Below, one piece after another: positions 49,234-59,345 of a stretch of DNA of 64,000 bases. The DNA comes from an uncultured Verrucomicrobiae bacterium (GTDB lineage Bacteria > Verrucomicrobiota > Verrucomicrobiia > Limisphaerales > Palsa-1400), in NCBI GenBank assembly GCA_963707025.1, contig CAVPOM010000018.1, positions 448,001 through 512,000 of the forward strand. Reading direction: 5' to 3'. The translations under genes and the position numbers were made by a program. The notes under the pieces are model-generated. The model was not told the DNA's origin. It searched no databases and worked only from the letters and a program-made list of their open reading frames with translations. The stretch's first letter is position 1, and each line of letters starts with the position of its first letter.

Positions 49234-50148
49234 TCAGCCGGCCCCACGGCTGCTCCGCACGTAATCCGCAACCTGCCGGGGTGTTCCTTCCCAAAAGTGT
49301 CCGCCGTATTTGGACCGCGCATATTCGAGAAATTGCTCATAAAACGCGGCTGGGAACGTTTTCCAGTTTCCATTCCCTCCGGAGAAATCTACATAGTCTG
49401 GATGCACGTTCATCAGAACCATGCCGCCCTGCCTCGCGATCCAGTCCAGCTTCCTCAACCAAATCTCCGGGTTGCGCTCCCGCATCAGCAGGAACAGGGT
49501 TGAATCTTGTGGCAGGGTGTAAGGCAGTTCCACGAATCCCCGTCCACGCGCCCCCTCGCACCAAAATGGAAAAACCGTTCCCACCCCGTCGGGCTGCGGT
49601 TCAAACGGATCCGTGTCGAAAGTCGAGGCGTCGTATTCGATGTTCAAGTCCTCCAGCCAATTCAAGTTGTGAAACATGAAACCGGAGCGGAAGCCGACCG
49701 CGCCCCACGCTGCCAGATGCTCGTTGATCAGCACGGCCTTGGCCACGAATTTCTTCCGGTCACGGTAAAGTTTGCCGTCGTGGTACAGGTCATGCACGCC
49801 GACTTCAAACCCGGCGGCGGTCAACTCATCCCGCAACTCTTTTGTCACACGGTAATCCCCTTCGGGGATAAAGTTGAAGGAGGAGCGAAACCCCCATTTC
49901 TCTTCCAGTTCCATCAGTTGCCGGCATTTATCGAGGCCCGACTGGCTTTCCACATCATGCGTCAAGACTATGGCAAATTCCTTCCCATCCGGCCAGCCAG
50001 GCCAGCCAGGCCTCTTCCCAGACCCGGGCAGAACAGGCCAGAACTCGCGGGTATGCCGGCGCGTCCGCCGCACCAGCCAGCCGTGAACGGCCAGTCGGAG
50101 TGGGCGCGGAACCAGCGGTTTAAACTGATAGTAAAGCCGGGTGCGCAT
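49234..50148 (-). CDS. Polysaccharide deacetylase-like protein
   Basis: WPDGKEFAIVLTHDVE, GVHDLYHDG, GFRS, HPDY. Confidence 0.8.
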   Translation of the reverse strand: MRTRLYYQFKPLVPRPLRLAVHGWLVRRTRRHTREFWPVLPGSGKRPGWPGWPDGKEFAIVLTHDVESQSGLDKCRQLMELEEKWGFRSSFNFIPEGDYRVTKELRDELTAAGFEVGVHDLYHDGKLYRDRKKFVAKAVLINEHLAAWGAVGFRSGFMFHNLNWLEDLNIEYDASTFDTDPFEPQPDGVGTVFPFWCEGARGRGFVELPYTLPQDSTLFLLMRERNPEIWLRKLDWIARQGGMVLMNVHPDYVDFSGGNGNWKTFPAAFYEQFLEYARSKYGGHFWEGTPRQVADYVRSSRGAG

Positions 50149-50317
50149 CACAAGGTGCGGCGGTTGCCCCGCCTGAAAAGGTAGGAAGGCACAGGGGTAA
50201 TCTTGGCAATGCTGCTTCAGACTTTTTCGGCCTCCTCTATCAGTTATCTGGCTTCCCTTAAATTCCCCGCCCCCGTTGGCGGTCATCATCAGAATCCCAA
50301 TCGCCCGCGGGCTGTCC

Positions 50318-52603
50318 TCAAATCTCCGGCTGCAGCCGTCGGGGAACGTAAGTCCGGCTCTTGTTCATCACCACCCCCACCTGGGCCTTGTATTCCGAAA
50401 GCAGCGAGGTCGCCCGCTGGGCCGCCTCGCGGTCGGTTTTCTCCGCCTCCACCACCAACAGCACCATGTCCATGAACCGCGCCAGCCGGGGCGTCACGCT
50501 GATTTGCGTGACCGGCGGCATGTCAAATATAATGTAATCGTAATCGCTCGCCTTCATCTTGGAGACCAGGTGGCCGAATCGTTTGGGCAGGATGGCCGGC
50601 AGCTTGTCCCGGTTCGAGCATTCACTGACCACGTATAGCTTCTCCCGCACCAGCGCATTCTCCCGGTTCGCCTTCTCTTTCTCGAAAATGTCGTCCAAAC
50701 CAAGGTTCAGCTTGCCCTTGTAGAAGCGATGCGCGTCCCCCTTCTCGGAGCTCATATTCACCAGCAGGACGTTGCCGTCTCCCGTCTCGGACAGCACGGA
50801 GGCCAGCCCGGCGGCCATGGTGCTCACACCGGCGCCAGCGTGACTGCTGGTCAGCGCCACCAGTTTTGGTTTGTGAGTCAGATTGAGCACCTCGAAGTAG
50901 TCAATGAGCCGGTCGCGCAACGTTTCATGAAAAGGCCGCAGGAGGTGCTCTTCCTCACACGACGCCATCGTTGCCTCCCCCACCCGCGCCAGCGCCCCCC
51001 CGCCCGGGGACCCATCGCCGCCGCCCGGTAAAAGTTTGACCGCTTGGCCCCCGTTGGACAAGCCGGCCGGGCGCTTGCCGTTCAGGTAGGGAACCGACAG
51101 AAAAAATGGCAACGCCAGTTTTGACACGACTTCCTGAGGACGCTTGAACGTGCGATCCAGGCACATTTCCAATAAAAAGGCCAGGCCAAACCCCAGCGCC
51201 ACACCCCCTCCAGCCAGGGCGGCGACCAGCTTGAGCCGCTTCTTCACGTCGCGCAACGGCGGGGTGGGCTGCTGGCTGGGGCTGATGCTCGATACCCGGT
51301 TGGGTCCCAGCTCCTCATCCATATTCGCCTTGTCCATGACCTTTTCCATCTGTTTCAGCTCCCCCTCATCAATCTCCTTGTTCCTCTCCAAGTCATGAAT
51401 GGTGACTGCCAATTGAACCAGGTTCGATCCTTTATCCATCATCAGCGCAAGTTCATTGGTCTGCCGGGCGATCCGCCCCTGTAGTTCCGCAATCCGCGCC
51501 AGCTCATTATCATAAGCTGTCGCAGGGTCCACCAGGCTGGCGGCAGCGCCCGGCGCTTTTGTCTCCGCCGCCGCCACCATCAAGAGTCCGGCGTTCGTTT
51601 CCTCGAGAGCATTCTTATGGGCAAGGGCCGCTTCAATCTCGATCAAGTTGGTTTTCACCAGGATGCTGTTGGTGGTCAGGTAGTCGAGCTTGGCCTGCTT
51701 GGTTTGAAGCTCCACCAGGCGCCGGCGGGCTTCGTTGTAGGCCTCCACCTCGGCCGCAGTCGGCGTCCGCACGGCGTTGGCATTGGTTGAGGCCCCCTGG
51801 TCATGAACCTGCCCCATCGTTCGCTTGAGCATATTGGAGAGCACGTTGGCTTTCGCCATGGCTCCGTCCAACTCCGCCATCGCCAGGGAGTTCTCCTGTT
51901 CGATCATCCCTTCCTGCGCCGTGAAGGCCGCCAGCTCTGCCGGTAGGTCAACAAACCCTCCCCGTTGTTTTGCTTTGGCCAGTTCATCTTCCGTGTTCTT
52001 CAACCGCATCCGCCGCAGATCGGTCTGCGAATGCAGGTAGGAGTCGAACACTTCGGTCCTCTGATGGATGTTTGCGTGCTTGACGATGTAATTGGTGATC
52101 AATTGATCCAGCACCGGTTTGACCACCTCCGGGTTCCCATGCCAGAATGACAGCCGCATGATCTGGGTGTTTAGGGGCACCTCAGCCTTCAAACCATCCT
52201 GAATCATGTGCGCCGCGGCGTCCACACTGCCCGCATTGGTCCCCGCCCTCTCACCCAGGAGGGCCGCCGGGCCGATGCTTTCCGCCACCGCCTTCGCCAG
52301 ATCGAAGCTCTGGACTATCGTGAGTTCCGAATTGAGGATGGTAGCCCTTTGGTCGCCCATCATCGGACGGGCTTCCGAACCGGGCGAATCTGGCGCCTGC
52401 GCGTCAATCACGTAGCCGATGTACAGCTCGGCCACCGACACATACTTGACGGGCCAGCGGGCAAGGACCAACCCGGCGGCGACAAAGCCCAGCAAAGAAA
52501 ACCCCAGGATCAACCACTTGCGCCGGAATAAAATATAATAGATGTCCCCCAAATTCGGCCCGGAAGCGGGTGGTGGAGACATTTGTTTTGGATTCATGGC
52601 CAT
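50318..52603 (-). CDS. Wzc/GumC-like chain-length regulator with degenerate kinase domain
   Basis: Two TM helices flanking a coiled coil; C-terminal GAGVST, VLLVN, IIFDMPP. Confidence 0.88.
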   Translation of the reverse strand: MAMNPKQMSPPPASGPNLGDIYYILFRRKWLILGFSLLGFVAAGLVLARWPVKYVSVAELYIGYVIDAQAPDSPGSEARPMMGDQRATILNSELTIVQSFDLAKAVAESIGPAALLGERAGTNAGSVDAAAHMIQDGLKAEVPLNTQIMRLSFWHGNPEVVKPVLDQLITNYIVKHANIHQRTEVFDSYLHSQTDLRRMRLKNTEDELAKAKQRGGFVDLPAELAAFTAQEGMIEQENSLAMAELDGAMAKANVLSNMLKRTMGQVHDQGASTNANAVRTPTAAEVEAYNEARRRLVELQTKQAKLDYLTTNSILVKTNLIEIEAALAHKNALEETNAGLLMVAAAETKAPGAAASLVDPATAYDNELARIAELQGRIARQTNELALMMDKGSNLVQLAVTIHDLERNKEIDEGELKQMEKVMDKANMDEELGPNRVSSISPSQQPTPPLRDVKKRLKLVAALAGGGVALGFGLAFLLEMCLDRTFKRPQEVVSKLALPFFLSVPYLNGKRPAGLSNGGQAVKLLPGGGDGSPGGGALARVGEATMASCEEEHLLRPFHETLRDRLIDYFEVLNLTHKPKLVALTSSHAGAGVSTMAAGLASVLSETGDGNVLLVNMSSEKGDAHRFYKGKLNLGLDDIFEKEKANRENALVREKLYVVSECSNRDKLPAILPKRFGHLVSKMKASDYDYIIFDMPPVTQISVTPRLARFMDMVLLVVEAEKTDREAAQRATSLLSEYKAQVGVVMNKSRTYVPRRLQPEI

Positions 52604-52680
52604 TTCAATCTACATCAGGCTGCTCAAAACACCATCATTGTTTAACATTTAACACTCCTCGTGCCCTGGTTGTTCAATCA

Positions 52681-53769
52681 TCAGCTCAAATGCCGATACA
52701 GCAGTTGGCCTGCCAGCCGCAGCAACAGCGGCGGCAGCGCTGCAAATACCCGGTTGTGCCACCCTTCCGCACGATCCACCTCCCGGACAAACCGCCCGGC
52801 GCGGAAATCGTATTTGCAACACTTGATTTCCTCTTCCCGCGGACCAAATCCAAGTTTGAACCGCCGCAGCCCTTCATTGCCCACCGAGGTGCGTCCAAAA
52901 TGCAGCCGCGCACAACCGCGCGCCGCGCACTGGCGCATGCCTTCCCACATCACCAGATTGTTCGGGCGCAAATGCTGAAATCCGTAGTCCGAAGCCCCAA
53001 ATTTATAAAGCGCCTGCCGGCCCTGATGCAAAAAAACCGCCGCCGCCGCTGGCTTGTCTTCCCAGTGGGCGATGGCAATGAAACCCAGGCCGGGCTGGAG
53101 CATATATTTCTGGATATTGGCGAAAAACCGGAACGGCTGGGGCGGCAATCCGTGCCGCCGGCGTGTCCGGCAATGCAAGCGGTAGTAGGTGTCCGCAGAC
53201 TCCAGGGTGTTGTCAAATTGGATGCGTAAACCCGCCGCCTTGGCTTTCTTGATGCCGCGCCGCACCGGACCCTCCAGTTTCTCGAACAGAGCTTCCTCGC
53301 CGACTCCCAGCTCAAGCTGATGTCCATAAAAAACCAGCGATGGAGAACTGCCCGGCCAGTCTTCATCACTGCTCCTGCATTGCAGATATCGCCAGCCGCG
53401 CGCCCGGCCTTCTGCCATCGCCATTGCGTACAGCTCACCCGCGTCCTGACCCTCCGCATTTAATGGAAAACAAAAATCAGTAAACGGCAGTGATACCCCG
53501 CGCCGCCCCGTCCACCGGCTGCTCACCTCCATCAGGGGAAGCAGGGTTCGTAATTGCCCGTCGGCAAATCGCGCCGCAAAAACCGGAACATGCCCGTACG
53601 TTTCCTGCAGCACCCTGGCCCAGGCCGTCCCGTGGAAGAACCAGGCGTCCGGGTGCGCCGCCAACAGCGCATCCCATCCCGGTTGCTGGAGTGGGTTGAT
53701 GAGGACTGAACCCTCCAGCCGGCCATGAGCCGGTGTTGGCACGGCTTCCTGTTCAACGCTGCATATCAC
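52681..53769 (-). CDS. FemAB-related GNAT protein
   Basis: FFHGTAW, SLPFTD, RRGIKKA, HGLPPQP, RPNNLVMW, FGRT...GLRRFKLGFG. GTG start overlaps the upstream TGA. Confidence 0.82.
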   Translation of the reverse strand: MICSVEQEAVPTPAHGRLEGSVLINPLQQPGWDALLAAHPDAWFFHGTAWARVLQETYGHVPVFAARFADGQLRTLLPLMEVSSRWTGRRGVSLPFTDFCFPLNAEGQDAGELYAMAMAEGRARGWRYLQCRSSDEDWPGSSPSLVFYGHQLELGVGEEALFEKLEGPVRRGIKKAKAAGLRIQFDNTLESADTYYRLHCRTRRRHGLPPQPFRFFANIQKYMLQPGLGFIAIAHWEDKPAAAAVFLHQGRQALYKFGASDYGFQHLRPNNLVMWEGMRQCAARGCARLHFGRTSVGNEGLRRFKLGFGPREEEIKCCKYDFRAGRFVREVDRAEGWHNRVFAALPPLLLRLAGQLLYRHLS

Positions 53770-54899
53770 TGAGCGCACCCGGCCAGCGGCCGGGCGGCGC
53801 TCAGGCACAGTTTCAATTCCTCCGCCACCGCGTGAATTTGTTCCTTGGTCAATTCCGGAAACATGGGCAGCGACAGGAACTCCCCGGCACACCGTTCCGC
53901 CACCGGATAGCTGCCCTTCCCACGGCCCAGGAACCGATAGGCCTCCTGTAGATGGACCGGAATCGGATAATGAATGGCGCAGGCGATCCCCTTCTCCGCC
54001 ATGGATTGCAACACCTGGTCCCGATCCTTCACCCGCACCGCATAAATATGATACACACTCTGGTTGTAATGGGCCTGCGCCGGCACAATTACTTCTTCGG
54101 TCTCCCCCAAAAGCTGGTCGTAAAGCAGCGCATGGGAACGGCGGCGCAGGTTCGAGACATCCAGTTGCTTGAGTTTGACACTCAAGACCGCTCCCTGGAT
54201 GCCGTCCATCCGCCCGTTCCAACCGATCTGGGAATGGTAGTACTTGCGCGCCTGGCCGTGATCCCGGAGTCCCTGGATTTTCCCCGCCAATTCCGCGTTG
54301 TTGGTCACCGTCGCCCCCGCCTCCCCCAGCGCCCCGAGGTTCTTGCCCGGATAAAAGCTGAAACAGCCCGCCACCCCCAGGGTGCCCGCCTTCTTCCCTT
54401 TGTAAGTCGCCCCGTGCGCCTGGCAGGCATCCTCAATCACCGGGATGCGGTGCCGGGCCGCGATTTCCAGGATCGGGTCCATATCCGCGCACTGGCCAAA
54501 CAGATGCACCGGGATGATGGCCTTGGTGCGGGGCGTGATCGCTTTCTCCAGCAACCCGGGATCCAGGTTGTAAGTCGTCTCTTCAATGTCCACAAAGACC
54601 GGCCGCGCCCCGCAATAACTGATCGCCTCCACCGTCGCCATAAAGGTGCTCGGAACGGTGATGACTTCATCGTTGGGCCCCACTCCCAGCGCCAGCAAGG
54701 CAAACCAGAGCGCATCGGTTCCGTTGCCCACCCCCACGGCATGCCCCGCCCCGCAATAAGCCGCAAACTCCTTTTCAAATTTGGCCACAAACGGGCCGCC
54801 CGCAAAGGCCCCCGCGTCAATCACCTCACGAATCGCCGCATCCAGTTGTTCGCGGAACGGCGCGTGATGCGCCTTGAGATCAAGGAATGGTACTTTCAT
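53766..54899 (-). CDS. DegT/DnrJ/EryC1/StrS sugar aminotransferase (WbpE-like)
   Basis: MKVPFLDL, NGTDAL, EDACQAHG, SFYPGKNLG. Confidence 0.93.
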   Translation of the reverse strand: MKVPFLDLKAHHAPFREQLDAAIREVIDAGAFAGGPFVAKFEKEFAAYCGAGHAVGVGNGTDALWFALLALGVGPNDEVITVPSTFMATVEAISYCGARPVFVDIEETTYNLDPGLLEKAITPRTKAIIPVHLFGQCADMDPILEIAARHRIPVIEDACQAHGATYKGKKAGTLGVAGCFSFYPGKNLGALGEAGATVTNNAELAGKIQGLRDHGQARKYYHSQIGWNGRMDGIQGAVLSVKLKQLDVSNLRRRSHALLYDQLLGETEEVIVPAQAHYNQSVYHIYAVRVKDRDQVLQSMAEKGIACAIHYPIPVHLQEAYRFLGRGKGSYPVAERCAGEFLSLPMFPELTKEQIHAVAEELKLCLSAARPLAGCAQ

Positions 54900-54918
54900 G
54901 TTTCTCCAATGGGTTGTT

Positions 54919-55464
54919 TCAGCGTTGGGCTGCTTTTGGCGCCGGCGCCGCCGCCTTCCTCTCTTTTTCCGTCCTGCCGCCTTTGAGCATGCGGATGACT
55001 CGGGCGGGGTTGCCGGCCACGACTGCATCCGCGGGCACATCCCGGGTCACCACGCTGCCGGCGCCGACGATCGCGCGCCGGCCTATCGTGATCCCGCACA
55101 GCACCGTCGCGCTGGATCCGATGGAGGCTCCCCGCTCCACCCGCGTTGGAATGCATTTCCAATCCGCCTCCGTTTGCAGCGCTCCGTTTTCGTTGGTGGC
55201 ACGAGGGTAGAGATCATTTATGAAAGTGACGTTGTGCCCCACGAATACATCCTCCTCCAAGACCACCCCTTCGCATATGAACGTGTGGCTGGAGATTTTG
55301 CAGCGGTGGCCGATGCTGGCCCCTTTTTGAATTTCAACGAAAGTGCCGATCTTTACGTCATCGCCAACCTGGCAGCCGTACAGATTGGTGAACGCATAAA
55401 TGCGCACGCCTCTGCCCAATTTCACATCGGGCGCGATCAGTTGATAGGACGGCGATTCAGCCAT
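54919..55464 (-). CDS. Hexapeptide-repeat sugar N-acetyltransferase (WbpD/FdtC-like)
   Basis: NLYGC, KISSHTFICEG, FINDLYPR, VAGNPAR. Confidence 0.9.
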   Translation of the reverse strand: MAESPSYQLIAPDVKLGRGVRIYAFTNLYGCQVGDDVKIGTFVEIQKGASIGHRCKISSHTFICEGVVLEEDVFVGHNVTFINDLYPRATNENGALQTEADWKCIPTRVERGASIGSSATVLCGITIGRRAIVGAGSVVTRDVPADAVVAGNPARVIRMLKGGRTEKERKAAAPAPKAAQR

Positions 55465-55494
55465 AAGCGTTTGGCCGGGGGGATCTCCAAAACG

Positions 55495-56649
55495 CTAGCT
55501 GGTGACGGCGGGTGGGGTCGCGCGGTGGCGGGCCGTCGGGGGTGGGTTCTTCTTCTCCTGTTTGGAGGCGCCATTGCCCTCCACTACATGGGGACTGGCG
55601 GCGGCTCGGACCGGTCGCGGCCGCTCTGCATGCACAAATGGTATCCGGCTCCCTCCCTCCTTCAGGGAGGCGGAGGACGCTTCCAGAATCTTGACCAGTT
55701 CCAAGCCCCGGATGCCGCAACTCAGCGGCGTTTTGGACTCCTGAATGCAGTCAATGAAATGCTGGCACTCGGATTTGAGCGGCTCTTCCTGTTTCAAATA
55801 CGGCGCGTAAGTGTCCCCGTAATGATAGGCATAGTGAAATTCAGCAAAGGTGTCGTAGTGCGGCGGGCGCTCCACCCGGGCGTCAAAAATCCGGATCTTC
55901 TCCTGCTGCGCCACGTCGTCATACACCACCATCCGCTTGCTCCCCACGATCGTCATCTCCCGCACCTTGCGCGGGTCCAGCCAACTGCTGTGGATGATGG
56001 CCGAACGGTCATGGCCGAACCTCAGGCACATGGAGGTCACATCCTCAATCCCGGGCGTCACATGCGCGCTCCCGGAACAGTTGACGCTTTCCGGAAATTC
56101 CTTCAGCAGGTGCAGGATGATCGAAATGTCATGCGGCGCCAGGTCCCAGGCCACATTGATGTCCTTTTGATACAACCCCAGGTTCAGCCGCCGGGCGCAA
56201 ATGTAGCGGATTTGCCCCAGATCGCCCCGGTCCACGATCTCTTTGATTTTTTTGACCGCCGGTGAATAAAGGAAAGTATGCCCGACCATCAGCACCAGCC
56301 CGTTCTGTTTGGCAATTTCTATCAATTCCTCGCATTGCCCCGCCGACGACGCCATCGGCTTTTCGATCAAGGTGTGTTTGCCCGCCTCCAACGCCGCCTT
56401 GGCCATGGGAAAGTGCATCCTGACCGACGTGGCCACGGCCACCGCATCCACGCTTCCGTCGCTGAGCATCTGCTCGTAACTCATCTCCCCCTTCACCTCG
56501 GGATATACCGCTTTGAGATGCTTCAGCCTCTCCGGGCTGATGTCACACATCGTGGTCAACTCGCATCCGGGCAAGCTTCGAAAATTGCGCACTAGATTCG
56601 GCCCCCAATAGCCGCATCCGACCACTCCGACTTTGGTTTGTTTGCTCAT
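55495..56649 (-). CDS. Gfo/Idh/MocA oxidoreductase (WbpB-like sugar dehydrogenase)
   Basis: GCGYWGPN, IEKP, DLAPHD. Confidence 0.9.
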   Translation of the reverse strand: MSKQTKVGVVGCGYWGPNLVRNFRSLPGCELTTMCDISPERLKHLKAVYPEVKGEMSYEQMLSDGSVDAVAVATSVRMHFPMAKAALEAGKHTLIEKPMASSAGQCEELIEIAKQNGLVLMVGHTFLYSPAVKKIKEIVDRGDLGQIRYICARRLNLGLYQKDINVAWDLAPHDISIILHLLKEFPESVNCSGSAHVTPGIEDVTSMCLRFGHDRSAIIHSSWLDPRKVREMTIVGSKRMVVYDDVAQQEKIRIFDARVERPPHYDTFAEFHYAYHYGDTYAPYLKQEEPLKSECQHFIDCIQESKTPLSCGIRGLELVKILEASSASLKEGGSRIPFVHAERPRPVRAAASPHVVEGNGASKQEKKNPPPTARHRATPPAVTS

Positions 56650-56690
56650 TTGTTGTCTTTTATACGCTGGTTGTGTCGCCTTTTATACGC

Positions 56691-57635
56691 TTATCGCGTT
56701 ACGTCTTGTACATTATCGTCACATTTTCCCACCGGCTTGTGCCGTTTCTGTGACTTTTGTAATTCTTGGAGCAGTAGAATCAACCACCCGTCGGCCCAAG
56801 CGCCGCCCCCCAGCCCCGTGGATTCCGCCGCCGCCAGTGCCGGGCCTGGCCTCGGTTCCGCGCCCTCGGGCCTGGGAACCGTCCCGCGCCGGCTTCCGTG
56901 GCAGCCATTACTTTGAATTGTCCCACCAAAAACGGGCCGGAGAACCCTGCCCTGCGGGCTGCTTTGCGGCTCAACCCGCGCCGCAATCTCCGCCGAGTGC
57001 GCCTTCGCGGCCGCTCTGCGCACGGCTTGAACATCCCACGCCTGCATGAAAATGGCCAGCGGCGTGCTGGCTATGATTTTGACATCCAGCAAAAGCGATT
57101 TGGTCTCAACGTAGGCCAGATCCAACTCCATCATTTTCTCAAAAGTGGTCCGGTTCTTTCCCTTCACCTGCCAGAGGCCGGTCAGCCCGGGCAGCGTCTC
57201 ACAACGCTGCCGATGCCGCGGCTGAAACATCTCAAACTCGTACACGGTGCTGGGGCGCGGCCCAACCAGGCTCATTTCGCCCCGCAGCACATTGATGATC
57301 TGCGGCAACTCGTCCACTCCCAGCGCCCGCAGCCATAGGCCGCCCCGAATCAACCGGGAATCTCCATTGCTGTCCAGCTTCTTCATCGGCCGGTTGGAGG
57401 TCATCAGATGGTTCAGATGTTCCCGATGCACACCCGTGTCCGCATTGACCTTCATCGTCCGAAACTTCAGACAGAAAAAGCGCGCCCCCATGTGGCCGAT
57501 CCGTTCCTGCCGGAACAGGGCCGGGCCGGGAGAAACCAGTTTCACCCAAGCCGCAATCAGCAATCCCAAAGGCAGCCAAACCGGCGCCGTCAGCACGATC
57601 AGGCTGCAATCCAACATGCGCTTCCACGATGGCAC
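56691..57635 (-). CDS. Priming sugar (phosphoglycosyl) transferase
   Basis: KRMLD, FRQERIG, KFRTM, DELPQIINVLRGEMSLVGPRP, PGLTGLWQV. True start may be 57712 with a frameshift. Confidence 0.92.
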   Translation of the reverse strand: MPSWKRMLDCSLIVLTAPVWLPLGLLIAAWVKLVSPGPALFRQERIGHMGARFFCLKFRTMKVNADTGVHREHLNHLMTSNRPMKKLDSNGDSRLIRGGLWLRALGVDELPQIINVLRGEMSLVGPRPSTVYEFEMFQPRHRQRCETLPGLTGLWQVKGKNRTTFEKMMELDLAYVETKSLLLDVKIIASTPLAIFMQAWDVQAVRRAAAKAHSAEIAARVEPQSSPQGRVLRPVFGGTIQSNGCHGSRRGTVPRPEGAEPRPGPALAAAESTGLGGGAWADGWLILLLQELQKSQKRHKPVGKCDDNVQDVTR

Positions 57636-58166
57636 CCGGGCCCGTGCGATTCGGCCGAGACCCTGTCAATTCTCTCCGGGGCGGAGGAGTGATCTTCAAA
57701 GATAGAATTCATACAATTCAGTGCCAGGCGGCCTCTGGAAAGTCATTTCAATTCTGCCATTTCTCGCGGCGGCATGAAGGCGGATACCGCCTCAAACGCC
57801 GCAAAAAACGTCACTTCAAAATTAACCTTCCTATTCCGGCGCAAATCGCTTCCCATCCCTCCAACCCGATCCCCTGTCTCAAACGATCTACAGCCTTCAT
57901 CGCCCATCTTTTTTTCTCGTGCCATCCCATCCAGGCAGGCTCAATTGCATGAACAGTCTGCACGAATTACACTAGTATCTCTTGCGTGTCAAAATCTTAC
58001 AACAACTCAACCCCGAATCCATGTAAACCCAAGAACCAAGGCATCTTGCGCAAAGCTCCGCACTTGCTGGCGCGGTCATTTTGCGCCAACAATGGACTTC
58101 CTTTGCCCATCAACGCCATTTTTTGTGACAGATCTGTCACCTACCCTCGCGACAACAGCCATCGAA

Positions 58167-58718
58167 CTACGCTGCCGCTAATAAAGGCAGGCGATCGGCC
58201 ACTCGTTGATGCAACAGCTTCAACGAGCTGCGATTCACTTCTGCCAAAATTGGACGACCTAAAAAATCCAGCAGGATTTGTACCCTTCTCACCGCTGGTA
58301 ATGCCCGCACCACCATCGCCGGGCAGCCAAGAAACGATCCTTCGGCGATCGTCACCTCAGTCCCGGCCACCAATCCGTCCTGCACCGCCATCGGCTCTTC
58401 CGATTCGAAGCACTGGCGCAATTCCTCAATCGCCCCGTCGGGCACAATGGGTATCCGCTGCCCAAAATGAACCAGACTGCTTATTCCGGCGGCGTGACGG
58501 ATGCTCTCCATGTTCTCCGCCAGAAGACAACGAACAAAAAGATAGCAGGGAAACAGCGGCTCCACCACCCGCATGATGCCCCGTTGTGTGGCCCGCTCCA
58601 TCCGCAACCGCGGATGAAACACTTCCAAACCCAGCGTCCTTTGCAGGTTCGCCGCCGCGATATGCTCGTGCTTGGGCTTTGTCCTGGCACAGTACCAAGC
58701 TGACTCACAACTTTGCAT
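58167..58718 (-). CDS. NusG/RfaH-family antiterminator paralogue
   Basis: WYCARTKPKHE, PLFPCYLFV (NGN domain); GTEVTIAEGSFLG (KOW-like). Confidence 0.9.
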   Translation of the reverse strand: MQSCESAWYCARTKPKHEHIAAANLQRTLGLEVFHPRLRMERATQRGIMRVVEPLFPCYLFVRCLLAENMESIRHAAGISSLVHFGQRIPIVPDGAIEELRQCFESEEPMAVQDGLVAGTEVTIAEGSFLGCPAMVVRALPAVRRVQILLDFLGRPILAEVNRSSLKLLHQRVADRLPLLAAA

Positions 58719-59345
58719 AGAAAAAATCTAAAACAGCCTCTCCCGCAATGTCCCCTTCGGTTTCGCAGCGGCGCCGGGCCGCATCCCCCGGTTATCAAAT
58801 CTGCAAAACACCCTTTCCCATCGCCACCGCGCGAGCCGGACAGCCGCCATCTTGTTAGAATCCACACCCATCGAGATCACAACAACTTTCCAGAAAGAGC
58901 GCACTACGACAATCGCATCTTTAGTCAATTTCGCTTCCGCAGCGAAATCCAATGTTAGTCGAATACACTATACTACACGTGTTGTCAAAGGGTTTTTTGC
59001 AAGTTCTTTCCGAACAGTCATCAAGGCTGTATTATTAACATCTTCGCGCAAAACGTCAAGCTTAAAGTGGGGTTTTGTGGGATGGACTGGGATTGCCTTA
59101 CAACACCGTCCTCCATTCCCTGAGCCAGTTCCGTCGTCCGCAGACATCATGCCTTCGGAGAATTGTTTATATGTTGCTTTCCATCAATCACTTGTGCTTT
59201 TCTTGGAGCCGGCCCGAAACTTGCTCCCACCGGTAATTCCGTCAACCTCCGTTTACCCTTCCTGTCATTCCTCCTTCCCCCCATTCCACCCCTCCCCCGC
59301 CCTCTCACGCCCTTGGCCCCCGCCAGATATTCCTGAAATTGCGTG

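Noticed and set aside
13094..56265. Long + strand ORFs (e.g. 13094-14725, 27934-29436, 31224-32750, 46772-48658, 54874-56265)
   Set aside because: All lie opposite well-supported minus-strand genes; typical of GC-rich DNA.
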